IMG/VR virus record: IMGVR_UViG_3300048592_000436
Coordinates: 1-52,646 of that record
Reading direction: 5' to 3' (one strand)
From: a virus
Taxonomy: Duplodnaviria; Caudoviricetes
DNA: 52,646 nucleotides
Shown: positions 44,210 to 52,646 of the stretch, in pieces
Numbering within the stretch: position 1 is the stretch's first letter
Layout of the letters: each line of letters begins with the position of its first letter
The notes under the pieces: model-generated
The model's database searches: none
What the model was told of the DNA's origin: nothing
Seen by the model: only the letters and a program-made list of their open reading frames with translations
Position numbers and translations under genes: made by a program

Positions 44210-44691
44210 GACACGTAATCCTTGAGAACGACGTTCCGCGCGTGATGCACCTTCGGGAGGGCATCCTGGTCGGGGATCGCTACATCACGGCGGCGGGGCT
44301 GGCGAAGGCAAGCCGGGCGCAGAAGGCGCCGCTCAACATCTTCGAATTGCTGGAACCCACGATCGACAATTCGACCGGCCCGGATACGGTGTCGACGGTT
44401 TCGCCGCTGACGCTGAACGGCGACCACTACACCCGCACCACCACCATCCGCGACATGACGGCGCAGGAGATCGAGGACCGGAACACGGCCGAAATCGAGG
44501 GGCAGTTCTCCGAGGCGCAGATGGAAGGCATCTGGCTCCTGTTCAATGCGGCATTCTACGCAATCAAGAATCCAGCGGTCGGCGGCCTGACGCCACAGAG
44601 CTTCAAGGCAGCGATGAACGATCCGGACAACATGGTCATACCAAAGGAGAACCTTGTAACCTGGCTCCGTGAGCGGGTGAAGGGCGCATGA
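44206..44691 (+). CDS. Putative fibre assembly protein
   Basis: Follows the fibre gene; IRDMTAQEIE. Confidence 0.65.
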   Translation: MRHVILENDVPRVMHLREGILVGDRYITAAGLAKASRAQKAPLNIFELLEPTIDNSTGPDTVSTVSPLTLNGDHYTRTTTIRDMTAQEIEDRNTAEIEGQFSEAQMEGIWLLFNAAFYAIKNPAVGGLTPQSFKAAMNDPDNMVIPKENLVTWLRERVKGA

Positions 44692-45614
44692 CCATCTTCG
44701 GCGGATACATGATGATGGCCAGGCCCCCAGTCGCTGCTGGGTTCTCCTATGACTTTACTACGTTCGACCAGAGCGAAGCGAATGCGGTGGTCGGCGGGAC
44801 GCTTCCGGTTGGCACCACGTTCAACTCGTCCGGGACACTCGTCACGTCCACGTCGGGCGATCCAAGGCTTCAGCATACAGCGGCCGGGGCGCGGCAGGGG
44901 CTGCTGATCGAGCCGGAATTTACGAACAAGTGCCTGCGGTCCAGTGCATTCGGAACAGGCCCGTGGGCCGGCAGTTCCCAAGGTTCGGGCCAAGTGCCGG
45001 TATCTAACGGGACCGTTACCGGGCCGGATGGGGTTTCGGACTCCGCACAGCGCTGGACGTTCAGGCCGACAGGGACTGGCGGCGGTGATCGCAGTTTCCT
45101 TCAGCAGACCATTTCCTCGCATCCAGCATCGACAAGCGCAACCTTTACGATATGGGCGCGCGTCGCGTCTGGCACGCAGACCATGCGGTTCGCGATAAAC
45201 ATGGCGAGCACCGGAACGGGCTTTTCGAGCGGAGACAGCGAAACGACGCTGACCACAAGCTGGCAGCGCATAACCAGAACGGGAACCGGCGGCAGTTCTG
45301 GTGGGCAAATAACCCCGCAAATCTACATCCACGGCAGCTATACGGGCGGGGCAAACGTCGACATCGAGCTTTTCGGAGCGCAGGTAACGAATGGCACGAC
45401 GGTTCGTTCCTATGTGCCCACGACATCCGTGGCTGTCACGCGCAGCGCGGACGATCCCGCGCTCGATGCACTGGGGGTGGCCACGCTCGACGTGACTGTG
45501 ACCTATCTCGACGACACGACGACGGAACTGAACGGCGAGACGGTCGGCCCGACATACTGGCCGAGCGGGCTGTCGGACAAGATCATCAAGAGCATCGTGG
45601 GAGTGCCGGCATGA
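44688..45614 (+). CDS. Spike/fibre protein with carbohydrate-binding-like domain
   Basis: GLLIEPEFTN...LTTSWQRIT...FGAQV...SYVPTT..VTRSAD. Confidence 0.8.
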   Translation: MTIFGGYMMMARPPVAAGFSYDFTTFDQSEANAVVGGTLPVGTTFNSSGTLVTSTSGDPRLQHTAAGARQGLLIEPEFTNKCLRSSAFGTGPWAGSSQGSGQVPVSNGTVTGPDGVSDSAQRWTFRPTGTGGGDRSFLQQTISSHPASTSATFTIWARVASGTQTMRFAINMASTGTGFSSGDSETTLTTSWQRITRTGTGGSSGGQITPQIYIHGSYTGGANVDIELFGAQVTNGTTVRSYVPTTSVAVTRSADDPALDALGVATLDVTVTYLDDTTTELNGETVGPTYWPSGLSDKIIKSIVGVPA

Positions 45615-47674
45615 CGTTGTTTCGCAGGTCCGTGAAGGGTTCGCCCGGCAACGCCGCCGATCATGACGGGAACGTCGATCACTTCGACAACCGCACTCGC
45701 CACCTGATCAACGTAGCCGATTATGGCGCGGTCGGGGACGGCGTCGAGGACGACACCGCCGCAATTCAGGCTGCGATCGACGCGGCGTGGTCGGCCACCG
45801 TCGCGAACAAGGGCTCTTATCGTGTCCAGCTTCCGCCAGGGACCTACAAGATCACTGACTCGATTCGGCTGTTCCAGAACAACGGCACGACTTTCACGTT
45901 CACCAGCTTCAGCTTCGGCGGCGACGCTCGAGGCTATGTCAACAACCGCAAGACCGTCATCAAACCGACCTTCACCGACAAGCCCGCCATCATCGTGCAG
46001 GCGGCGCGCGGAACCAAGCTGAGTTATTTTTCTGTTCAGGGATCGGCAAACAACTTCACTCTACCGAGTTATGCCAATCTTCTGGATGACGAGAGCGATC
46101 CGTGGTGGAACACGGGTGCGGCGCGGGATCAGACATACTCGCCTTACTGTGGAATTGCGATCGACCCGTTCGGGGTGTCCGAGGATGAGAACAACCAGTA
46201 TCCTGGTCTGGACTACTACAACAAGGGCACGCAGGGCTCGACGGAAGTCTTCATCGAAGAGGTCGAGTGCCAGGGCTTCATCGTCGGAATCTGCATAAAT
46301 CCATCGGAGGCAACACAGCTTGGCGACAGCATCACCCTCCGCCACTGCAATCTTTCCTATAACCGGGTAGCGTGCTCGGTCGGTCAGTCGCAGAACCGAG
46401 GTGTGGTTCTGGAGAATTGCCATGTGAAGGCAGCTCAGGTCGCGATCGACACAACGCTGTACGGGCAAGGAAATGGCCCGTTCCCGAACGTGATCGGCGG
46501 CGTCTGGGTATTCATCAAGTGGCTGATCAGCGGCAACTCGGGCTGGGGGCAGGGCGCGATCACCAATCTCTATACCGAAAGCCTGTGGTCGCTCGGGTTC
46601 TGGGGACAGGCCAGCGGAGGCTTTCCGTTCTCGTTCAACGAATGTCACATAAAATTCGTTACGCCGGATGATGGTGGTGGCGGCAAACAGTCGGACGCGC
46701 ACCTGAACGCAGGCGGGCCGGTCATCTTCAATGGCGGGTATGTAGGGTATTACAAGAACAATTATCGCCGGCTGAGCATGTTCAATTCGGCAAAATTGGT
46801 CTTCAATAATGTTTGTCTGGACGGTGAACCTGTCGTGCACAGCCGCGAATTGTTGTCTATGAATGACTGCACCCTGCGGTATTCCGGCCAGGGGACGGCC
46901 TACGGCATCCAAATGCTCGTCAGGGGCTCCGATGTGGCCGTTCCCGGCAATGCTTACATTCCATTGCCGCCGGACGCGAGAGTCGTGACTTTGGGAATGG
47001 ATGAATGGACTGCCGGGGCATGGGATGTCGTGGCAGGCGACAGCAGCCTGACGATCACGGCGAACGGCGACGGCACGGGGTCGTTCACATCGTCAAATCC
47101 GGGGCGCTACTTTGTTGGGGCCTATGTAGCCCCGCTGGAGGCTTGGACTGGGGCAGGCCCGGCCGGCGCGCTTGGCCACAGCTACCGGCGAATGTCCATC
47201 GGCCGTGTCGCCAGCATCAGCGGCAGTACCATCAACCTAGCTGAGATGCCCATTTCTTTCACTACCGGCAGCTACACGCCGTACCTTTGGCGGCTGCCAA
47301 CCTACAAGCCGCGTTCGATCGGCACTACAACCAGCGGTTCGGCAGATATCACCAATGTGAGCCCGGTAGCGTCTTGGAACGTGGGCGACCGTATCAACGG
47401 CAATGGCATTCCGGTGGGGGCAACCATAGCCGCCAAGTCGGGCACCACGCTGACGATGAACGTCAACGCGACGGCCAGCGGGACCGTGGCGATCTGGGAT
47501 GCATCGATGACGCTGACGCGATCCTTCAAGTCCGCCGCGCCAACAACGGGCGTTTGGTTCCGAGGGGACAGGGTGCTGAACTCAGCTCCGTCAGCTGGCG
47601 GCGTCGAAGGCTGGGTCTGCACGGCGACCGGCGAGCCGGGGACGTGGAAGGCCTTTGGCGAGATAGCGCCCTGA
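45611..47674 (+). CDS. Tailspike / depolymerase (pectate-lyase-like beta-helix)
   Basis: INVADYGAVGDGVEDDTAAIQAAID...LPPGTYKI; C-terminal GWVCTATGEPGTWKAFG. Confidence 0.88.
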   Translation: MTLFRRSVKGSPGNAADHDGNVDHFDNRTRHLINVADYGAVGDGVEDDTAAIQAAIDAAWSATVANKGSYRVQLPPGTYKITDSIRLFQNNGTTFTFTSFSFGGDARGYVNNRKTVIKPTFTDKPAIIVQAARGTKLSYFSVQGSANNFTLPSYANLLDDESDPWWNTGAARDQTYSPYCGIAIDPFGVSEDENNQYPGLDYYNKGTQGSTEVFIEEVECQGFIVGICINPSEATQLGDSITLRHCNLSYNRVACSVGQSQNRGVVLENCHVKAAQVAIDTTLYGQGNGPFPNVIGGVWVFIKWLISGNSGWGQGAITNLYTESLWSLGFWGQASGGFPFSFNECHIKFVTPDDGGGGKQSDAHLNAGGPVIFNGGYVGYYKNNYRRLSMFNSAKLVFNNVCLDGEPVVHSRELLSMNDCTLRYSGQGTAYGIQMLVRGSDVAVPGNAYIPLPPDARVVTLGMDEWTAGAWDVVAGDSSLTITANGDGTGSFTSSNPGRYFVGAYVAPLEAWTGAGPAGALGHSYRRMSIGRVASISGSTINLAEMPISFTTGSYTPYLWRLPTYKPRSIGTTTSGSADITNVSPVASWNVGDRINGNGIPVGATIAAKSGTTLTMNVNATASGTVAIWDASMTLTRSFKSAAPTTGVWFRGDRVLNSAPSAGGVEGWVCTATGEPGTWKAFGEIAP

Positions 47675-47737
47675 CGCACCCGACCCTGACCCCCGCCTCC
47701 GCGGGGGCAAGCCTGACGGACTGAAGGACACCCCCAC

Positions 47738-50650
47738 ATGCTTCTTTTCCACAACCCCGATTCCGGGGGCGTGATGACCTTTGCCGAGGCGGTCGATCCA
47801 CAGGCCGCCCTGACGGCCGGCACGTGGGTGCCGTACACGGTCGGCAACAAGCTGCCCGGCACGATGACGGTCCCGGCGGGCGACGCGCTGGCTCTTGTCG
47901 AGCCGGGGCGGTGGTTCTGGTATCGCGATCCGGTGCTGGAAATCGACGTGGTGCTGGAAGGCGCGCTGCCGGTCCGGGCGCGGGGCCACATGCCGCCGCT
48001 GACGGCGGAGGTGCACGTCCTGAGCGCGCCGGGGGCGGAGATCGTCGTCGCGCCGTCCGCGCCAGGGGTGGCGTGGTCGCAAGGCTTCGCTGGCGCGATC
48101 CTGGTGTCCGAGGTGCCGGACGAGGACATGACGCCGCCCGCGCCGGACGACTGGAACACGCTCGACCCGGTCGGTGAGGGCCTGCGCGTCGAGGTGCGGT
48201 CCGTCCGGCGCGACGTGACGCCCTATGTCATCGACCGGGTAGAGGTGGCCGACGAGGACGACCTGGAGACGGCCTACACTGTCGCCGAGGCGCCCGACGA
48301 CCTGGAAGGCATCTTCACCGTCGCGGTCGGCACGCCGCGGACCACCATCTGGCGGCTGCGCTTCGTTGCGAACGGGTTGGCCGGGCCGTGGAGCGCCGGC
48401 GAGGTCGGCACCGCGGCCGGCGAGGAAGACCCGCCCGCCCCGGTGTCGTGGAGCCCGGGTTTCGACGGGGAAATCCTGGTCACCGAGCGTGTCGAGGAAC
48501 CGGAGGAACCGGGAGTCGGCGATCCGCCCCCACCGCCCCCGCCCCCGCCGCCGCTGCCGGACCTGACGGTCATCTGGGTCGACCCGACGCAGCTGGCGGG
48601 CGGCGACGGCCTGACCGCGGCCACGGCGCGGAGCACGCTGCCCACGGGGCCGTTCACCGCCGGCACCCGGATCAAGGTCCGAGGCGGCACCACGGTGCAA
48701 CTGCCCGACGCCGGGTTCCTGATCAACACATCCGGCACGGCGGAGCAGCCGATAACGCTGGACCTGAACTACTTCGACGACTGGGGCGACGGCCCGGCGA
48801 TCCTGAGCGGCAGCCGGCCGATCCCGAGCGGGTGGTCGAGCCACACCGTCAACGGCGCGACCGTCTGGCGCGTGGCGATGAACCCGCAGGAAATCGAGGA
48901 AGGGCTGATCGACCTCTACCAGGGCGCGGACAAGTTCTACGAATGCCGCTTCCCGACGCCTGCGAACATCCGCTTCCCGGCGGACTGGGGCCGGGCTGGC
49001 GAGTTCTGGGAAGTGCCGCGGTCGAGCCGCGTCAACTCGACCACGATCCAGATCCCCGAGGGCGCGATCCGAACTTGGCTGAACGCGGCCCACGCGGTCG
49101 AGGCGCTGAACGTGCGCTCCGCGATCATGATGCAGGGGGAGCACAATTCGACGCAGGTCCGGAATATCGTGTCCTACGACCCGGGCACGGGCATCCTGAC
49201 GCACGACGTGAACAATACGAACCCGGTGGCCGGAACGGTCTGGCGGCTCGGCCTGCGCAACCACCCTTCGGCGATGATCGTGGAGGGCCAGTACCTGCGC
49301 GACCCGCTGGCGGGGACGGTCGATGTCCTGACCTTCGACGGGGCGGACCCGACCACGGTCGAGATGGAGCGGAACGGCTTCATCCAGTGGGGCGTGCGGC
49401 TGACCGGGAACCACAACCGCCTGCTCGGCGGGATCATCCGGCGCCTGAACCCGACCGGCGCGGCGAACCCGAACCGGGAGCGCAGCGTGATCAGCTGCTA
49501 CGTCAGCAACACCGCAGAGCGGACCGGAGTGCACATCGTCGGGACGATCGTCGAGGATACGGGCGTCTGCGCCACGGCCACGATCCATATCGTGCGCTAC
49601 ATCGACACGATCATCCGGGACATCGTGGTTCGACGGGTGCGGGCCTACGGAATGCTGGCATCGGATTGCACGCGGCTGTTCGTCGTCGGGTCGACTTTCC
49701 TCCAAACCGGCTCGACATGCCTTTCGATGCGCCGCGGCATCGACAGCGGGGTCATCGGATGCACGACCCGCGACCCGGAAGGCAACAGCCATGCCAACGC
49801 GGTATCGATCTATAACGGCAACGCGAATTGCCTGTTCCTGTTTAACGATTTCAGGATCGTGGAACCGGAGGTGGGGAACAACGTCTTCACCAATCATTCG
49901 CTGGCCCAGTGCCTGGTCGCGTTCAACATCACGATGAGCGAGCGCCAGCCGGACGGGTCGAGCCTGCGCCGCAGTTCCTATGTCCAGTGGAACCAGGAGA
50001 GCAACTTCCGGCTCGGCGGGTCATCTGGCGCCGACGGCATCGACAACCGCTATTCGAACAACGTCTTCATGTGCCGCCGGAACCGCGAGGGCTTTTCGTG
50101 GCGGCAGAATGGCAACCCGGGCGCGTGGTGCACCAACAATATTGCGCACGGGCTGCTGGACACCGTGCGGGCGCCGGTCGGCGGCGCTTGGGTCGATCAC
50201 CTCGACAAGTACACCTGGACCGGCACGACGACGACGACGACAGCGACCAGCGGAGAGGCGGCGGTGTTCCTCGCCCCGCGGCAGGTCACGCGGAACGTCA
50301 TGACCGGCTATCCGGACCACCTGCAGTCAAATCGCAGGGCCACGCTGGCGGACCTGGTATCCTGGGGCAACATCGACCGCGTCGACGGGCTGAACGACGA
50401 CGCCAACCGGCGCGCGATCTTCCGAGACTGGGACGCGCGCGACTTCCGCCCTTCGCTGAGCTTCGCCACGCAGGAGATGGTGACCTCCGGCGAGCCGTGG
50501 ACCTTCGACAATGCGCTGGTGCCGGGCGTCAGCCTGACAGTCAACTGGATCGGCCGCTATCGCCCCGACGGCACGGAGGCCTTCGACTGGCGCCTGATCA
50601 ACTTCGCGAACCTGCCGATGAGCCAATACGGAGCGCTGCAGAATGTCTAG
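47738..50650 (+). CDS. Second large beta-helix receptor-binding/depolymerase protein
   Basis: IWVDP...GDG, SGTAEQPITL, Asn-ladder repeats; FN3-like domain and polyproline linker. Confidence 0.8.
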   Translation: MLLFHNPDSGGVMTFAEAVDPQAALTAGTWVPYTVGNKLPGTMTVPAGDALALVEPGRWFWYRDPVLEIDVVLEGALPVRARGHMPPLTAEVHVLSAPGAEIVVAPSAPGVAWSQGFAGAILVSEVPDEDMTPPAPDDWNTLDPVGEGLRVEVRSVRRDVTPYVIDRVEVADEDDLETAYTVAEAPDDLEGIFTVAVGTPRTTIWRLRFVANGLAGPWSAGEVGTAAGEEDPPAPVSWSPGFDGEILVTERVEEPEEPGVGDPPPPPPPPPPLPDLTVIWVDPTQLAGGDGLTAATARSTLPTGPFTAGTRIKVRGGTTVQLPDAGFLINTSGTAEQPITLDLNYFDDWGDGPAILSGSRPIPSGWSSHTVNGATVWRVAMNPQEIEEGLIDLYQGADKFYECRFPTPANIRFPADWGRAGEFWEVPRSSRVNSTTIQIPEGAIRTWLNAAHAVEALNVRSAIMMQGEHNSTQVRNIVSYDPGTGILTHDVNNTNPVAGTVWRLGLRNHPSAMIVEGQYLRDPLAGTVDVLTFDGADPTTVEMERNGFIQWGVRLTGNHNRLLGGIIRRLNPTGAANPNRERSVISCYVSNTAERTGVHIVGTIVEDTGVCATATIHIVRYIDTIIRDIVVRRVRAYGMLASDCTRLFVVGSTFLQTGSTCLSMRRGIDSGVIGCTTRDPEGNSHANAVSIYNGNANCLFLFNDFRIVEPEVGNNVFTNHSLAQCLVAFNITMSERQPDGSSLRRSSYVQWNQESNFRLGGSSGADGIDNRYSNNVFMCRRNREGFSWRQNGNPGAWCTNNIAHGLLDTVRAPVGGAWVDHLDKYTWTGTTTTTTATSGEAAVFLAPRQVTRNVMTGYPDHLQSNRRATLADLVSWGNIDRVDGLNDDANRRAIFRDWDARDFRPSLSFATQEMVTSGEPWTFDNALVPGVSLTVNWIGRYRPDGTEAFDWRLINFANLPMSQYGALQNV

Positions 50651-51944
50651 CATCGAGGTCGGCCAGGAATATGAGATTTTCTGGGACCCTACTGGCGGGG
50701 TCAATTCGACAGCGCATCGCAGGATCGTCCGCGTCGACATGGGCGAGGGGCTGGTCGAGCCCGACGACGCAAGGAACCTGACCATCGGTCCGGGGTTCTT
50801 CTTTGCCGACGAGGCCTATGCCGGGGGGGAGCTGGTTCTCGACGAGGAGATCGACGGGCTCGATGGTGGTGACGACCCCGTCACCCTTACCCGGCCGCAG
50901 ACGAGATACGACATCATCGGCACCGGCAGCACGGTCGCGCCGGTGATCACGGCGGCGCCGGTCATCAGCGTCGTCGGCGGCGGCGACCCGGCCGTTGGCA
51001 AGACCCTGCGCGTCACCACGCCCCCGACCGTGACCGGCGACCCGACGCCGACCGTCACCTACCAGTGGCGGCGGGACACCGGCAGCGGCTATGCCAACAT
51101 CGCCTCGGCGACCGGGACGGACTACGTGCTGACCGAGGCGGACGCGGGGGCGGATATTCTGGTCCGGCCGTCCGCGACCAACTCGGCCGGAACCGATGAC
51201 GGGTCGACCGACGAGAGCAACGAAATCGGCCCGATCGTGGTCGCGGCGGACTTCCTGTTCTACCGGGGCGAGCAGTTCCAAGCGGCGGGCTCGACCGCGA
51301 CCAGCGTCGATCTGGACATCGCCTATGCGGATGTGACCGGCGACACGCTCGGGGTTATCTCGATCCTGCGGCGCGCTTCGAGCGGCAATCCGACGCTTGA
51401 CGGCCCGGTGTTCCAGCCGCTCGACGGATCGAACGCGCCGCTCGGCTCGCCCGTCACGCCGGAGATCATCACCAGCAACATTCGCACCGCCAGCCGCGGC
51501 AAGGTCGGCGTGTGGTTCCTGAACAAGGCCGACCTGCCGTCCGGGCAGATCAAGTTGCGTGTGACCTATACCACCGACGCGGACGTGGACAACCGCGTCG
51601 CCGGCTTCGACATCGGCGGGGCATTCGACGACCTGAGCTTCGAGAGCGTGGTGACCACCTTCAACTCCGCGACCTCGTCCGCGATCAGCGTGACGCACCT
51701 GCCGACGACGGCGGTGGCGCCGGAATGGTCCGCGGCGCTGGTCGGCATGGGGATGCGCAACGGCACCCCGGTGACGACCGTCACCGACGGGGGCGACGTG
51801 AGCATCCGCATCGACCCGGAATCGAGCAGCCGCTGGGTGCTCGGCGCGGGCGACAACGTCGACGAGACGCGGATCGCCGTCGCGGCAAGTTCGTCAAACA
51901 CCGGCGTGATCAACACCGTCTTCATCTGGCGCGAGGCGCCGTAA
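50643..51944 (+). CDS. Ig-like domain virion protein
   Basis: APVITAAPVIS...PTVTYQWRR...YVLTEADAG..ATNSAG. Confidence 0.8.
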   Translation: MSSIEVGQEYEIFWDPTGGVNSTAHRRIVRVDMGEGLVEPDDARNLTIGPGFFFADEAYAGGELVLDEEIDGLDGGDDPVTLTRPQTRYDIIGTGSTVAPVITAAPVISVVGGGDPAVGKTLRVTTPPTVTGDPTPTVTYQWRRDTGSGYANIASATGTDYVLTEADAGADILVRPSATNSAGTDDGSTDESNEIGPIVVAADFLFYRGEQFQAAGSTATSVDLDIAYADVTGDTLGVISILRRASSGNPTLDGPVFQPLDGSNAPLGSPVTPEIITSNIRTASRGKVGVWFLNKADLPSGQIKLRVTYTTDADVDNRVAGFDIGGAFDDLSFESVVTTFNSATSSAISVTHLPTTAVAPEWSAALVGMGMRNGTPVTTVTDGGDVSIRIDPESSSRWVLGAGDNVDETRIAVAASSSNTGVINTVFIWREAP

Positions 51945-51978
51945 GCCGCGTTGATAATTAGCCGCAAGGGGTCGCGAT

Positions 51979-52281
51979 GTGTCTGATGAGGATAACCTGC
52001 ACGAGTACCTGCGAGCCCTCAGCAAACTTGGGCCGCCGAACGACATCGTTGCAGACATCGAAATCATGCGGGCGTATCTTGCGGCGTTCAAGGAACTGGG
52101 CCGCCCGCATGAGTTGAAAGAAGATATAGCGCTTGTGAAGGAGATGCGGCGCGGGGCCGAAAACCGGAGGTGGCTGGTGTCGCTGACAAAGACAACGGCG
52201 GTCTATTTTTCATCCATCATGCTGGCGTGGCTCTTGTTCAGGGACAACATTCTGGAGTGGTTCCGCGGAGGATCAAAATGA
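51979..52281 (+). CDS. Membrane protein, holin-like candidate
   Basis: Single C-terminal TM segment; first gene of the lysis region. Confidence 0.6.
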   Translation: MSDEDNLHEYLRALSKLGPPNDIVADIEIMRAYLAAFKELGRPHELKEDIALVKEMRRGAENRRWLVSLTKTTAVYFSSIMLAWLLFRDNILEWFRGGSK

Positions 52282-52646
52282 CCGCGACCAAGGCGAAGAC
52301 ACATTTCATCGGGATGTTCCTCGCGACGGCTCTTTTCCTCGTGGTCGGGGCCGGCGGCTATGCGTTGGTGGACCGGCAATTCCCGGCAAGCTACTGGTAT
52401 TCCCTGGACAGCGTGATCGTCACCGGCCCGGACGGAGGTGCGGTGGTGCGAGGCGAGCCGGTCTTCGTGGCTGTGCAGCGGACGGTCAGTCGGAATTTTA
52501 TCGGGTCATACGTTACGACCGTTCGCGCGCTGCCGAACCTCCACACGATTTGCAGCGGGCCGGAGGGAGGGCTGGCGGTCGTGTATCGGGCCGATGCGAA
52601 TTTGCCGGAGCCCCTGACGCTAGGTTATTGGACAGAGGGCGCCAAG
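52278..52646 (+). CDS. 5' part of the membrane-anchored protein spanning the join
   Basis: ATGA overlap; FIGMFLATALFLVVGAGGYAL TM segment; open to the window end. Confidence 0.85.
   Translation, partial: MTATKAKTHFIGMFLATALFLVVGAGGYALVDRQFPASYWYSLDSVIVTGPDGGAVVRGEPVFVAVQRTVSRNFIGSYVTTVRALPNLHTICSGPEGGLAVVYRADANLPEPLTLGYWTEGAK
52485..52646. repeat. Terminal direct repeat / circular overlap (copy 2)
   Basis: Matches 1-162. Confidence 0.97.

Noticed and set aside
45152-45610. 5' extension of the tailspike ORF
   Set aside because: Overlaps the upstream gene; true start is ATG 45611 (ATGA coupling, GGGAG RBS)
48525-48560. C-rich tract as a phase-variable repeat
   Set aside because: Encodes an in-frame polyproline linker with mixed codons; no long homopolymer
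47591-49897. 768-aa minus-strand ORF and 475-aa alternative-frame ORF
   Set aside because: Arg/Pro-rich shadows of the real fibre gene
39339-51944. Diversity-generating retroelement or invertible tail-fibre cassette
   Set aside because: No reverse transcriptase, invertase or adenine-specific TR/VR pair seen

Overview
The window is an apparently complete, circular or circularly permuted genome (about 52,484 bp unique) of a GC-rich tailed dsDNA phage with siphovirus-type tail genes. Positions 1-162 are repeated at 52485-52646 with one synonymous mismatch, and a gene runs across the join. Gene content suggests an alphaproteobacterial, probably Rhodobacteraceae-like, host (inference). Layout: lysis module (51979-1840); leftward early and recombination arm (2190-10889: Lar-like, HNH, alpha-CTD-like, NinB, Rad52-like SSAP, many small genes); divergent switch with a single Cro/XRE HTH gene and no recognisable CI or integrase; replication and modification genes (SNF2-like helicase plus N4/N6 MTase, RusA, HTH initiator with iterons, intein-containing SF2 helicase, Zn-finger/Toprim primase, broken C5 MTase and RNA ligase); late regulator; terminase, portal, scaffold, P22-type capsid, neck and tail; and a large (~12 kb) multi-protein receptor-binding region with two beta-helix depolymerase-like proteins. 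The most notable observations are: (1) a sigma70-promoter-driven 88-nt cloverleaf RNA ending in CCA; (2) repeated promoter/RBS/hairpin gene cassettes shared by two distant regions, with a common palindromic operator; (3) a candidate -1 frameshift in the gpF minor head gene in addition to the usual tail-chaperone frameshift; (4) a holin-like peptide nested in-frame in the endolysin gene; (5) a possible plug-and-socket branched fibre system built from short acidic-aromatic motifs. All protein family calls come from motif recognition by eye. No database search or folding program was run.
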